DNA of 64,000 bases. Origin: the human T2T-CHM13v2.0 reference genome, Homo sapiens. The notes beneath the pieces are model-generated. The model was given only the letters and a program-made list of their open reading frames with translations, did no database searches and had not been told where the DNA came from. The stretch is from the NCBI RefSeq assembly GCF_009914755.1, contig NC_060948.1; one strand, given 5' to 3'. Shown in pieces: positions 1-15,341 of this stretch. Numbering within the stretch: position 1 is the stretch's first letter; every line of letters begins with the position of its first letter. Both the position numbers and the translations under genes were made by a program.

Positions 1-1495
1 CCTTGGACAAAATTACAGCCTGAATATCTAGAAGGAAATACTTGGCTCCCATCTGAATTTAATCCAGTCTCATGGTGGACCATGGCTTATCTGCCAGCAG
101 TAAAAAACTGGATACGTTTTGATACTGAAACAATAATGTTGTGAAACCAGGTTGAATTTCCAGCAATACATTCCTGGAAACAGTTGGAAACTGATATAAT
201 CACACTAGGGACCCAAGCTGAATCACTAGTGATGAATTCATGGATACACTCTCCTATATCTGATATGGTCACAATGTGTATCCAGGCTGAATCATTATTA
301 TTACATCCTTGGACACAGTCTGAAACTGATATACTCACAACATGGATTCTGGCTGAAACTCTAGGAGTAATTCCCTGGGAACAGGATATATTCCAACCAT
401 GGACCCACGCTGAACACCCACCAGTATCTTGGACTCAATCATTGATTCCGGGTAAAACACCAGCAATGAATCCCTGGAGAGATGTCACAGCTGATATGGT
501 CCTACCATGGAATCAGGCTGAATTTATAGTAGGAAATGCCTGGACACAGTCTGAAACTTATACAGTCACACAGGGGATCCTGAATGGTCCTCCAGCACGA
601 TATTCTTGGACACAACAAATAGCTGATGTAGACAAGCTGTGGACCAAGCCTGAATTTCCCACAATAAATCCCTGGACAAAGTCTGTAGGTGATACTACTA
701 TACAATAGTATAGTAGTGATAGTACTATACAATAGATTCAGGATGAGTCTCCAGCAATAAAACCATAGACACAGTATGTGTCTTATACAATCAAACCATG
801 GGCCCCAGATGAATCTTCAGCAGTAAATCTCTGTACACTCCCTGAATCTGATAGCATTATCCTGTGGACACAAGCTGAGTCTCCAATGGTAAATCTGTGC
901 ACAGAGGCTGCAACTTCCAAAGTCACACCATGGGCCCGGGCTGTATCTCCAGCAGTAATTCCATGGACACAGCCTATACCTTCCATAATTGTACCTTGGA
1001 CCCAGGTTGAATGTCCATCAGTAAATACCTGGACAATGTCCATAGCCAATACCATCACACTATGGAACCGGGCTGAATTAATAGCGGGATATCCATGGAT
1101 ACTGCCACGGGCTGCTACTATCACACTATGCACAGTCTGAATCTGCAGTAGGAAATCTTTGGACACAGCCTGTATATGACACAGACACTCCATGGCGTAA
1201 GGCTGAATCTTCAGCAGTAGTTTACTGGACAGAATCTGTAGCTGATACACACACACCATGAACTCAGTTTGAAGTAAAGTTTACAGTTTTTAACAGTAAA
1301 GCCTTGGATCCAATCTGTATCTGATACACTCATACCCTGGACCCAGGCTGAGTCTTCAGCAGAAAAGCATTTGACACAGGCAATAGCTTATACAATCAAA
1401 CGATGGAACTAAGTCAAATCACCTGCCATAAATCTCTGGAAACAATATGAAACCAATATGTTCACGTGGTGGACTGAGGCTGAATCTCCAAAAGT
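1..1495 (+). repeat. Giant exon, 5' part: degenerate 33-bp coding tandem repeat (W-T-Q-x-E-x-x-x-x-x-P)
   Basis: ORFs 184-708 and 778-1140 show Trp mostly every 11 aa; recurring ccctggacacag / gctgaatct motifs in the DNA. Confidence 0.85.
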
Positions 1496-2105
1496 TTTGA
1501 GGAAACCAGCCCCACACTGCCTGGCAGGTACCCCGAATCCAGTGGAGACAAAGGAATTAGTACAACGGAGACAAAGGAATTAGAAAGAGACAGAATAAGA
1601 GTTTAAAAGGTGGGTTCAGGGGACCAGAGCATCGGACACTTGCAAATGGCGTGGAGCTCTCGGCCTCCACCTAATTTATTAGTTTACAAGCTCTTTGTTC
1701 TTAGGGCAGATGGGAGGGGGAGGAAGGGAATGAGGAAAAGGTTTAATCCGTGAAGGAGAACTTGTGAGTCATTCAATAAAATGTATAGCAGTGGCAGTTT
1801 CTGTGAATTTCCTTGAGCAAAGGCATGTGTCTAAACGACTAAAGATCTTTAACTTATTGAGACTGAAATGGGTGGGAGTGGATTTCAGGAGAAGCCAAGA
1901 TGTTTGATTATACTCCACTTCTTCAAGGGAGTGTTATTTCCCGGAGCAACCTGTGGCATTCTTCTGAGCTCTTATGCTCTTAGGGCATAAAGACATGAAG
2001 GCAATAACGAGACTTTTCTCCTTAGAGGCTGCCCACGTCTCCCCATGGGTGTCTTACACAGGAGAGACCAACTTATCTGGCATTCCAGAAACTCTCTTTC
2101 TCATG
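1496..2105 (-). mobile_element. 3' LTR (LTR14-type)
   Basis: Homologous to 7033-7633; purine tract (minus strand CAAAAAAGGAAGACC) abuts at 2106-2120; AATAAA on minus at 1675-1680. Confidence 0.9.
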
Positions 2106-2149
2106 GGTCTTCCTTTTTTGTCTCTATTTTTTTTTTATTAGAACTGCCA

Positions 2150-4415
<2,266 letters not shown>

Positions 4416-4531
4416 GTTCCAAGGTCTTTTTCTCTTCCTTGGACTCTGGCTCATGGCACAGCTTAAGATGTCTTGTGGGTACCCAGACAGGAAGCTGATT
4501 CTCTTCTGGTGAGATACAAGCAAATCCTCGA

Positions 4532-5100
4532 CCCTAACAAGACCCACTGGGGCCTTTTGTTTAGGCCAGTTTTTTGGCTGTTGATAAAGGGCTATCATCG
4601 ACACATCTGCTCCTGTGTTGACCAGTCCCTCAAATTATTTTCCTTGAATAAACCATAAAAATAACTCTATTGTCAGACACTCGATTTACCCAATAGACAG
4701 CCTTGCTTGCTGAATTTGTGCTTCCAAATCCTCCTGTTCTTTTTTCTGAGATTTCTCCTAACTTAACATATGGTAAAAGTAACAGTTGAGGTATTCTGTC
4801 ACCTGGATTAGCACTGCAGGGAACAGTGGAGGAGAAAACAATTTGAATTTCTCCCTGGCAATCAGTCTGCTACTCCAGTATGTACTTGAATTCCCTTTAT
4901 GTTTAAGGTGGATCTTCCCAGTATAAGTCCCACTGTGCCATTTGGCAATGGGCTGTAAACTCCCATTGGGACCTTCCTAGGAGGCTCCCCAGGAAGGAGG
5001 GATACAGGTTCAGTACAGAATAAAACTACTGCCCCGCTTCTAGCTGTGGAGGGAGATAATTGCTGTACATTTGTACAGGGATAGACTGGGCCGGGAAGAC
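4532..5100 (-). pseudogene. pro: HERV-K pro remnant (dUTPase + N-terminal half of protease)
   Basis: Minus translation LLPGEPPRKVPMGVYSPLPNGTVGLILGRS..KGIQVHTG..GEIQI..GDRIPQLLLLPY (dUTPase) and FEGLVNTGADVSMIA (DTG mutated to NTG). Confidence 0.85.
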
Positions 5101-6862
5101 TCCATTTGGAGTCGGGGACATCCCATCCTGAATTGGAAATGCCCCATTTTGAATCGGGGCCAGGGGCTGGCCCCTCTCTCCATTTCCCAGCAAGGGCTGT
5201 CTGCTGTTATCAAACTTTGAAAGACATTGATTAGCTCAGTGTTTACTTTTTTACATATGGGACAGATTCCTGGTACCCTGCTTTTTCCTCCTGAGTTTTG
5301 CCTTTTTTGGCTCTTTGTACATTCTCTTTTTGTATGTCCTGTCTGCCCACAATTATAGCAAGATCCAGGCAACACTCGTGTGCTTTTTGTTACCTTTAGT
5401 TCATCCACTGCCAGAGCTAGGAGGCTGGCCTTATGTAAGTGCCCCACAATGCCATGGTAGGCTTTAATGTATTCGCTTAAAGATTTTTCCTCATTTAGAT
5501 CTGCCTTTCCCTTAATAGGTCTAATTGCTGCCTGACATTCTGTATTAGCATTTTCATAAGCAAGCAGCTGAATGATCCCTTTCCTGGCATGAGAATCCTA
5601 AATACCCTTTTGAGACATGTCTTGCAAATGGGCAATAAAATCTGGATAAGTCTCCCTTGGACCCTGTTAAACTGAGTTAAAAGAAGGATAAGTAGTACCA
5701 GGGTTGTGAATTTTTTCCCAGACTCAGGCACATCGTTCTGAGCTGATAAGCAGCCTCATCACCCATTACTATCTGTTGATTTAGAGTACCCCATGCCTGT
5801 CCGATTCCAAGCAATTGGTCAGATGTGATATTAACAGAGGTTGGGTTTGAGCATTTCTGCATGCCTGATTTGTTGCTTAATCTGTCCACCAGGTTTTAAA
5901 TTGGAGAAATTCAGAGGGGGACAGGGTGGATCAGGCTAATGACTCCCAATCTATAGGTATTAAACGCCAGTTATAAGCCACAGATTGTAACAAGGAATGA
6001 ATATAAGGATAATTTGGCCCATATTGTCCAATTGCTTGCTTTAAAGACTTTTAATATTTTAAAAGGAAATGGCTCCCAGCATGCTTGAGCATGTTCTCTG
6101 GGCTCCTCAGCTGGAGAAATAATTACCAGAAACTGCCAAGCACCCGAATTCCCCATTTCTTGTGCCTGGTGAATGGATGTCTGGATTGTCCCTGCGCCAT
6201 AATTTGTATTCGGACTAGCTTGCAGTATTCCTCCGCCATAATTAACAGGCAGATAAGCCTGGATCATTCCCCCCCCTTACTTGGCTGTTGGGCAAGCCTG
6301 AAGCTTCCCATTGCCACAGTTAGTGGAAGGGAGTGCAATAATGGGAGCTGCAAGCCGCGTCGCAGACTCCTGTTCCAAAAATACCTAAGACTAAAGTTGG
6401 AGTGGCCATTCCGGACCTTCCCCTAAAGGCGCAGTAGGTAGCACTGTTTCTTTCATAAGTTTTTGGAGGTTAGGATATATAACTTCCCATTTCTCCCCCT
6501 TTTTAAAACTAGACTGTGACAGTTCACTTTGCTGATTAGCAGACTCCTGATTATTAAACTTTTCTATGTCATCCTGAAACTTCTCCTCCTCCTCCTCAGT
6601 GTGGAAAGGCTGCAGTGCTGTTTAAATTGCCGACCACACAGACCAAGTGGAGAAGGGCCCTCTTGTTGTGATTGTTTTAAGTCTGATCCTACCTTGTCCC
6701 AATCTTTTAAATCCATGTTTCCATATTCCAGGAACCAAGAAGAATACTTTTCTACGAGATGGAACAAAGATGTAAGATTTTGGGTATTCACAATTACCCC
6801 TCCGTGGCACAATAACTGCTGCACCAGGCTTAATTAACAAACTTACTCTCAGCCAGTCTCAT
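5040..6862 (-). pseudogene. gag: HERV-K gag remnant
   Basis: MA-like LDLKDWDKVG-type motif (6564-6824), CA-like WEPFPFKILK, NC knuckle CYNCGQTGHTKREC (5040-5447); frameshifted. Confidence 0.85.
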
Positions 6863-7012
6863 ATTTTCCCTAGGTTACCCTGGAATTCTCCGAGCGCCCT
6901 ACTTACCTGTAGAGCTTGAAGTGAAAACATATTCAGGTGTCCTTTGTCAGTCGTCCTCCACTTTGCACGCTCTGGCGTTCCTTCACTGGATTATTTGTAG
7001 AGATTATGGGGA

Positions 7013-7030
7013 GCCCCGCGTTGGCCACCA
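7013..7030 (-). promoter_or_regulatory. Retroviral primer-binding site (tRNA-Lys type)
   Basis: Minus strand TGGTGGCCAACGCGGGGC, 2 nt after the 5' LTR end; resembles the Lys PBS TGGCGCCCAACGTGGGGC. Confidence 0.85.
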
Positions 7031-7032
7031 GA

Positions 7033-7633
7033 TGTTGGGGAAACCAGCCCCACACCAGCTGGCGGTTACCTCGAATCCGGCAGGTACCCCGAGTCCGGCG
7101 GAGATAAAGAATTAGAAAGAGACAGAATAACAGTTTAAAAGGCTAGTCCAAGGGACCAGAGTGTCAGACTCTTACTCATAGCCTGGAGCTCTCAGCCCCC
7201 ACCCAATTTATTGGTTTACAAGCTCTTTGTTCTTAGGGCAGGCGGGAGGGGGAAGAAGGGATGAGGAAAAGGATTAATCAGCGAAGGAGAACTCGTGAGT
7301 CGTTCAATAAGATGTATAGCAGTGGCAGTATCTGAATTTCCCTAGCAAAAGCGTGGGTCTAAACTGCTTAAGACCTTCAATTCATCGGGACTAAAATGGG
7401 TAGGAGCAGGTTTCAGGAGAAGCCAAGATGTTTGATTTTACTCCACTGCTTCAAGGGAGTGTTATTTCCCCAAGCAAGGTGTGGCATGCCACTGAGCTCT
7501 TATGCTCTTGGGGCATAAAGACATGAAGGCAGTAAGGACACTTTTCTCCTCAGATGCCACATATGGCTCCCCATGGGTGTCTCACACAGGGGAGACCAAT
7601 TCATCTGGCATTCCTGAAACTCTCTTTCCCACA
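7033..7633 (-). mobile_element. 5' LTR (LTR14-type)
   Basis: Minus strand TGTGGGAAAG...TTTCCCCAACA; homologous to 1496-2105. Confidence 0.9.
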
Positions 7634-10600
7634 AAAAGTAAATGATTGGACACAGCCCATACCAGCTACAGTTATACCACCAAACCAAGCTGAATCTGTA
7701 GGAGTAAATCCCTCCACAAATCTTGAAACAGAAATTGTCATACTGTGGACCCAGGCCCATTCTAAAATCAACAATCCCTGCACATACACTCTATTTGATA
7801 GAGTGACACCATTGGCTAAGAATGTTTGTGTAGCAGTAAAACAATAGAGATAGTTTAAAACTAAAATAGTCACATCATAGACCCAGGATCTGTTGCCAGG
7901 AATAAATCCATTAACAGTGGCTGAAACTGGTATAGTCACACTGCAGTACATGGCTGTATCTCTAGTAATGATTCCCAGGAGAGAGGCTTTATCTGATACA
8001 GTCATAATATGGACACAGACAAAACCTCCAGCAATCACTTTCTGGTTACAATCTCTACCTGATGCAGGCAAACTACAGACCCAAATGAAATATCCATCAG
8101 TAAACACTTGGAACGAGGCTGAATTTCAAGCTGTAAATTCCATGATGGAGTCTAAGTCTCCAGTTGTAAATATCTGGACAGATCCTGAATCTCCAGCCCC
8201 AAGTCCTCTGCTATAGGTCGAGACTGATATAGTCATACCATGGACCCAGACTCAATCTTTAGCAGTAAATGCTTGGTCAAAGCCTGTTGCTGATACACTC
8301 ATACTGTATACAGCCTGCAACTCTATCATTAATCTTCTTTTCACAAAGTTTACATGGTACACTGAAAGCTTGTACTGAAACCAAATGTCTATCATTAAAT
8401 ACCTGGACAGAGGCTATAGCTTCCACAGATATACCCTGGACCCAGGCTGAATTTCCAGCAATAAATCCCTGGACAGAGCCTGTTTTTCATACAGCTACAA
8501 TTTGGGCACAGGCTGTATCTGCAACAGTAAAGGCCTGGGCACAGCCTTCATCTAATACAACCAGATTATGGTCCCAATCTGAATCTGCAGCATTAATTGC
8601 ATGGATACTGCCTGTATCTGACACATACATAGGATTGATCCAATTTGAATCTTCAGCAGTAAATCCCTGTATATTGCCTATATCTAATACATTATTATTG
8701 TGGACCCAGCCTGTATCTCTAGCAGTCAATTCGTGGATAGAGGCAATAGTTTCCATAGTCACACCATGGACCAAACCTTTTTTTCTAGCAACAAATCCCT
8801 GGACACATCCTGTATCTGATATAGTTGCACTTTGGACCCAGGCTGAATCTTCTGCAGTCATTACCTCCACACAGCCAGTTTCTGACAAAATTATACTGTG
8901 GCTGCAGGCCCAGTCTCCAGTAGGAATTATCTGGACACAGACTGTATCTGATATACTTATATTATGGAACTACGAGGAATATTCAGCAGAAAACCCAGAG
9001 GCATGGGCTGTAGTTTCCACAGTGTTACCATGGACCTAGCATATCCCTACAGCAGGAAAAACCTGGAAACTACCTGTGTCTGAATCAATCACTCCGTGAT
9101 CCCAGTCTGAGTCTCCAGTAGTAAACACAACCTTTGATCCAAGATAAAAATCAAGAGTCTATTTTATGGACACATCATGAAATTGAATGTATCAGTGAAT
9201 GGACTTTGCCTGAATTTGGAACACTTATATCCTGGATAGTGCCTGGGCCTCCAGCAGCAAAACCATGGTCCCAACCTGAAGCTCTAGTTATAGAACTTTG
9301 TTTAAAACTGGAACAGAAAAAAATAAAACCTTAGGTTCACCAGAATTTCAAACACTGAGCACATTTACTCCCTTTGGACCTGGTAAAATAGAATCCTGGG
9401 CCAAACAGAGAACTACAACTTTAATAACATGGATCCAATCCAAAAGGAATGCCTTCTTCCCATATACACAATCTGAAGTAGGTACAATGAGATCCAAAAC
9501 AATTTCTGAAGCTGTTACAGTAAAATATGGATCCAGACTGAAGCAGGCACAATCCACCCTTGGACTCAAGCTAGAACTAATACAATCAGACCTTTGACTC
9601 ATGCTGAATTTCAAGCAGTCAGACTCTGGACCCTGTCCTTGTCTGATACGCTACTGTATCAGACTGAAATACAGGCAGCAAAATGCTTGACCATGCCTGA
9701 TATTAATATTCTGAGTGCTTGGCTTCAGACCCAAAATTATGTAAGAAGAAATGGTACTCAACCTTACTCTCAAACAGTTACTTACCTGGATGCAGCCATA
9801 ATCCACCCATGGAACCAATCTGAAAAGAATGCAGTCAGACCCTGGACCCCAGTCTGAAGGTGATGTTATCCAACCTTGGATCTATGCTGAAACCAATACT
9901 GTCAGACACTGGACCCATTCTGAAACTGATAAAATAAAACAATGGACTGAGCCTGAATCTCAAGCAAGTAGGACCTGGCCTGAGGCAGGTATGTTGATAT
10001 GTTTGTCCCCAAAACGATGCAGTTTGACCCTGGACCCAACTTGAATCTCAAGCTTCACACTCCTGGACCCAGAATCAAATTAGCATAAATTACTCTTGGA
10101 TTTAGCATGTACCTGCTACAATCAGACCATGGACTTACTCTGGAATTCATCCCTGGACCCACCATGAAACCAATAGAGTGATAAGATACTGGTTCCAGAC
10201 TCAAATAAATTCAACGAGATACTGGAACCAACCTGAAACTGAAGTATTCCAAATTTGGACTGTAAGCCAAGGAATAAAACCCTGTAACATGACTGAAATT
10301 GATACAGTCACATCTTGCTTACAGCCTCAATGTGATACAGTTAAATCCTGAATTCATCCTGAAAGTCAGCCACTTTCTCCCTGGCCCCAGACTGAAGTTG
10401 GTATATTCTGTCCCTGGACTCAGCAAAGAGCTGCTACATATCAAACATGGACCCACCCTGAAACCTAAGCAGTGAGACCCTGGAACAAGCAGGAAACTGA
10501 TATAATCAGATCTTTGTTTTACATTCAGGTGCATAAAGGCAGCTCTTGGCTTATTCAAAATCTCAAATACTCAGTTCTTCGATCCAGCCTGACATTGATA

Positions 10601-11621
10601 TAATTCACAATTTTATTCAGTCTGAAACTTTGGTTCTAAGATTCTGGCCCAAGGTTCTACCTGCAGTAGTCAAACCATGGAACTTGCTTAAAGGAAGAAC
10701 ACTCATATCTTGGATACTGCCTGTAACCCAAGCAGACACACACTGGATCCAGTCTGAAGCTGATATTATTGAATCCTTTGTGGATTTTAAAGGTGGCAAA
10801 GTGAGAACCTGGATCTAGCCTGAAACAAAAATACTAAGACCCAGAACCCATTGTAAGGCTAATATAATTGCATCATTTTCTCCTCCTGAAATTGAGCTGA
10901 ATGGAGAAACACTATTAATGAGTCATTTTGTCTCCTTGTCTAAACGTGTACCCTTTTTGCCAGTAAAAACTGTCTTTCCCAGATCAGTATTTAATAGCTT
11001 TGTTAACTGAGATAACTGCCACAGAAAGCCAGGATAAAATCAATTCTCTCCAACCAAGCCAGCTTACAAGCATTTGGCTTCCTGGAAGAGTTGTTTACCA
11101 GCACTATGGAAGGAAATTAAAAATTATCAAGATAAAAGAAAGCCCTGACGTCCCAGCTACCTCTCTTGTCTCTCTTTCTTCCTCCTTTTTCTTTCTTCTT
11201 TCTTGTTCTTTTCCATCTCCATGTACACTGTGTTCTTCTTAAGTCTTTTCTTCTTGTACATTCCCTTCATTCTGCATTTTCCCATCTTGCTCAGTTTTTT
11301 CTCCTCTGGTCTCCTCTCCTATTCTTCTTTCCATAGCCTCTTCTACTAATCCTCTTCAGAAAATATCTTCCTCAACATTTACTGAAGAGTCCATTCTTTC
11401 TCAATCTTTTTCATCCTTGCATGCTGCTCCAGCCACACTTTTAATAAAACACCCTCTCCTGATGCCTGGATCTCAGTCTGGACCCAAGCCTGGACAACAA
11501 CCTCTTAGGCATGCAGAATTCAACGTTTCCCTGGATGAGTGTCAACTAGCTGTGATCTGGAAAGAAAGTTTACAGGCTTACTGGCTCTTCAAGACACGTG
11601 TTATTTCTCATGAAACCACAG
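7634..11621 (+). pseudogene. PRSSLY: Giant exon, 3' part: 33-bp repeats to ~10850, then a Ser/Phe-rich stretch and a unique linker
   Basis: ORF 8269-9039 shows a strict W-x10-W period. The linker ...ECQLAVIWKESLQAYWLFKTRVISHETT ends at ACAG|GCACC (GC donor, phase 1), in phase with the next exon. Confidence 0.75.
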
Positions 11622-12191
11622 GCACCTTTAGTCTAGTCATATGTTTGAGTTAATATACTTAGTACGAAGACTCTTGTTGAAGCCTAAAACCAGAGTTTGT
11701 AAGATAAGAGGTTATATTCTCAGACCTTTGCAAAACCAAAATTTATGTTATTATATGAATCAGCAGAGATGTCTAAATATTAACAGAATATTTTATTTTT
11801 GCCAAACAAGATTTATGAACTATGTTTTATGAACACAATTCTATTCAGAGAACAGTATTTTAAAGATAGTCTTACTTCTTAGAAATGTTTTATTATTTCC
11901 ACTTGAGGTATGTACATATAGATACACACTGTTGGATAATAGTATTATATCTTGGATATAAATAATAAGATATATAACATATGTACTTTATTATTTGAAG
12001 GGAAAATATGGAGATAACCTCTGTAGTTTATCTAAAATTGTTGGATGAATAATGTACATTTCCAAATATTTTCTCAGAATTGAAGATACTGAATTTCCAA
12101 GCATATTCCTAAAAACCTAAAATTAGATTTTAGAAATGGGAGACCAGTAACACTAAACTCACTCTATTCCACAGGTTTATTCCTTCTGCAG

Positions 12192-12359
12192 AGTGTGGGT
12201 TACGCCCTGGCCATGTCCCCCTCTTTCCCAACTGCTGGGAGGCAGAAATTGGTGAATTTCCTTGGATAGTTTCCTGCAACTGTCTTTCTCTCATTTCTGT
12301 GCTGGCTCCATACTAAATGAACAGTGGATCCTTACCACAGCTAGATATGGCAATTTTAT
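12192..12359 (+). pseudogene. PRSSLY: Protease domain 1, exon A
   Basis: cag|AG TGT: ECGLRPG...EIGEFPWIVS (frameshift ~12275) QLSFSHFCAGSILNEQWILTTARYGNF |gtaagt. Confidence 0.88.
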
Positions 12360-12444
12360 GTAAGTCTGAGTAATTCATTTCAAGATTAAGATATCATTAT
12401 AAAGCAATTACAACATTGAGATTGTTAATGAATATCTTTCTCTT

Positions 12445-12702
12445 TGTGTGTCTGTGTCTGTGTGTGAGAGAGAGACAGAGAGAAAGAGAGATGGAGACAG
12501 GGTCTTGCTCTATTGCCCAGGCTGCAGTGCAGTGGCATGATTCACATTAGCCTCAAATTCCCAAGATTAAGGGATTCTCCCACCTCTGCCTCCTCAGTGC
12601 ATGGGACCACAGGCATGCACCACTGATTCTGGCTAATTTTTTTTTCATTTTCTCCAGAAATAAAGTCTTATCATGTTGCCCACCTGGTCTCAAGTGATCC
12701 TC
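12445..12702 (-). mobile_element. (TG)n(AG)n microsatellite plus old truncated Alu
   Basis: tgtgtg/agagag run, then gagacagggtcttgctctattgcccaggctg... Confidence 0.75.
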
Positions 12703-12831
12703 AAAAATAGTTTATAAAGTAGTATTTGTACTTTAGTGCTTACCTGGACTTCATCTGATTCACATGATGTACACGGCTTATTCCAATTGAAATGTGGAAA
12801 TAACAAGACTTTTTCTTGACTTTTTCCCCAG

Positions 12832-13084
12832 AAAAAGCTCAGGAGCACTGGCCCTGGTCCAAATGGGGCTTAGTCATCTTCTGGATTCTGCCTAAGCTTA
12901 GACAGTCAGGATTGACAGTGCCATACCCTACCTAGGTCCCAAGGGACCCCTGGATTGATCTTCCCAAGGCAGCCACAACATTTTCAACCCCTGGTCCTTC
13001 CTATATGCCCAGAGGAAAGTCTGAAATGGAGTAAATTTATACAACTATGTGACTATTAGCTACCTAGTTGGTCCCTTATGAGGG
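12832..13084 (+). pseudogene. PRSSLY: Protease domain 1, exon B
   Basis: cccag|A AAA: KSSGALALVQMG..SA*A*TVRID..(frameshift ~12948)..GLIFPRQPQHFQPLVLPICPEE..CDY*LPSWSLMR G|gtgact; stops at 12893, 12899, 13057. Confidence 0.78.
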
Positions 13085-13260
13085 GTGACTAATGAAGAAG
13101 ACAATGGCATGGAAGAGTAGTATGTTGGGAAAAAGAATATTATCCTCTCTTGAATAATAAAAAAAAAATTCTTTCTCTTCACTATGTTTCTCTCTCTAAT
13201 CTAAGCTAAATTTGAAAACAAGCAAACAACCACAAACACCTCTTCTCTGTTTTTCATCAG

Positions 13261-13394
13261 AAAGTCCTGGAATTCAGCAAAAAAAGCACCCAAGCATTCT
13301 ACAAATCAGCACTTGTGTCCAATTTTGCCCCAAGTTGAATGAATTCACTTTTTGTATGGTGGCCAAGAAAGCTATGTGGGAGGCTGGCTGTAAG
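13261..13394 (+). pseudogene. PRSSLY: Protease domain 1, exon C
   Basis: atcag|AA AGT: ESPGIQQKKHPSILQISTCVQFCPKLNEFTFCMVAKKAMWEAGCK|gtacaa. Confidence 0.8.
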
Positions 13395-13510
13395 GTACAA
13401 ATTCATGGGGTGTGAATACCAGAGAGAAAGAGAAATATCTTGAACAACAAAAGTTACTTCTGGCCCTCCTTCAAAATATTGATTGATATCTTGTCTCTTG
13501 TTTTTTGCAG

Positions 13511-13809
13511 GGTGACTTGAGAGCACCTTTGGTGTGCCAGCGACAGCAAAAAGACACTTGGGTGCAAGTGGGAATCTTGTCACTTTTAGGAGCATTGCAC
13601 AAAGCCCTATGTCTTCAGCCAAGTGCACCCTTTCCTTTTCTGGCTCCAGGGAGTGACATGGCTTAGCCATGCACCCTGGAACCATCAAGGACACATGACT
13701 ACCTCTGCTTCCATGTCCCTTTCAGTCTCTACCTCTACAAATGCCTTGGCTTTTACCTCCACTGCCAGTGCTTTTCGGCCACACTTCATCTTTCTGCCAC
13801 AGCCTCAGA
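13511..13809 (+). pseudogene. PRSSLY: Protease domain 1, exon D plus Ser/Thr linker
   Basis: tgcag|GDLRAPLVCQRQQKDTWVQVGIL (frameshift; stop 13587) EHCTKPYVFSQVHPFLFWLQG...TTSASMSLSVSTST...PQPQ|gtaagg. Confidence 0.85.
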
Positions 13810-15205
13810 GTAAGGCTCAAAAACTTGGTAGGAGAAGTAAAGGAAGAAGAGAATGGAAATAGAAAAGAACAGAGGGAACAAGAGTGGAGAGAAAGCTCTT
13901 CCTGAGAAATGCTTTAAAAATTATTTTCCTTATGGCTCACATAGCCATTTCATACTTGATATATGATTCAATTTCCATAGTATCCCTACAGATTACTCTA
14001 TGCTATAGATCAAATAACATGATTATTATAATTATCTTAAATGCGTATTCTGATAGTAGATAAGTACAATGGATTGATCAATTTCTCATGGCAAAAGATG
14101 AATAGGGCTAACATTAAGACACACTCTCCTAATACAAAGACATTTCCTTACTACCACACAGTACCTGACACTTGCAATATAGTTATTTAAAATTAAGTTT
14201 CTTTTAAGTTGAAGATATTATGATGTTTGGAAACAGCATAGTAGTTGATAAGTAATGTGTTTTAGGTGCTAGTGTACTAGACTATATTACAGTGCGACTA
14301 TCAGGTTCCCCCTTCCCTTGGCTATCAGAAAACTTATCATAATATTAGCAATGTCTATTTCACGTTACTGTACTTCACCTATTTCCTTGGAAATTGAGTG
14401 ATCTCTTTTGGTCTCATGTATTAAATGTGCACTAAACTGCAGCTATTTTATAGCTACCACCTATTGCCAAAGCTACAGTAAATAATACTTTAAAACATAA
14501 AGGAAGCCATAATTATTTGCTTACATCCTCCAAAGTCTAATTCAAAGACAGCTACACTTAAGATCTTAGTTATACTTCTAATTTCATCTATACTTCCTTA
14601 CCCCTTCTATAGAGAGGTCATCTTCACCATTTTTATCTCTCTCTATATATATTAATGAGCATTGCTTCAACTCAGTTTTCTGAGGAATTCTAAAATAATT
14701 TTAAAAATATGAGCTCTTTCCTGAACCTCAAACTTGAATTTTCTATTTAAACTATTGGTTTGATATCTCACTAAGATTATAAGTTTAGGAAGATAAGCCC
14801 CCTCCAATTTAGAGACAGCTGCCTTATCTCCAAATTTTTCCTTATCTATCTAATATCTTCAAATCATTGTATTTTTTGTTGCCTACTTGCTTCAATGACT
14901 TCTAAGTAGCTAAAATCATAGATACACAAATATTGCAGTGGGAGAGAAAGCTGGAATGGCTCCCAATATTTTGATTAAAGAAATTTAAGCTAGGACATAA
15001 AGAAACTATGACCTTGGAAAGATAATAACAGGAATACTTTTTTTCAAGGAAAATGCATAAACACAATAGAGGTAGAACTTTGTCTTTGCTAGTCGTATTT
15101 AACAATGCTGACTCAGCAGAAATAGGAGGGATTTAAAACTTTAAAAATCATCTACAGTTGGCAATTCTATTCAATCAGCACAATTAGGCTTATTTTTCTC
15201 CTCAG

Positions 15206-15341
15206 CTTTGGCAGATCAGATTGCTCTGCAATATGCTATGCCTTGGCAAGCTGTGATCAACAGCCATGGAAGTGATTTCTGCTGTGGTTCCGTGGTTAGC
15301 CACTGTTGGATTCTCACAGCTGCCCACTGTGTCAGGAACAT
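15206..15341 (+). pseudogene. PRSSLY: Protease domain 2, exon A
   Basis: ctcag|CT TTG: LADQIALQYAMPWQAVINSHGSDFCCGSVVSHCWILTAAHCVRN|gtaagt; intact TAAHC. Confidence 0.92.
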
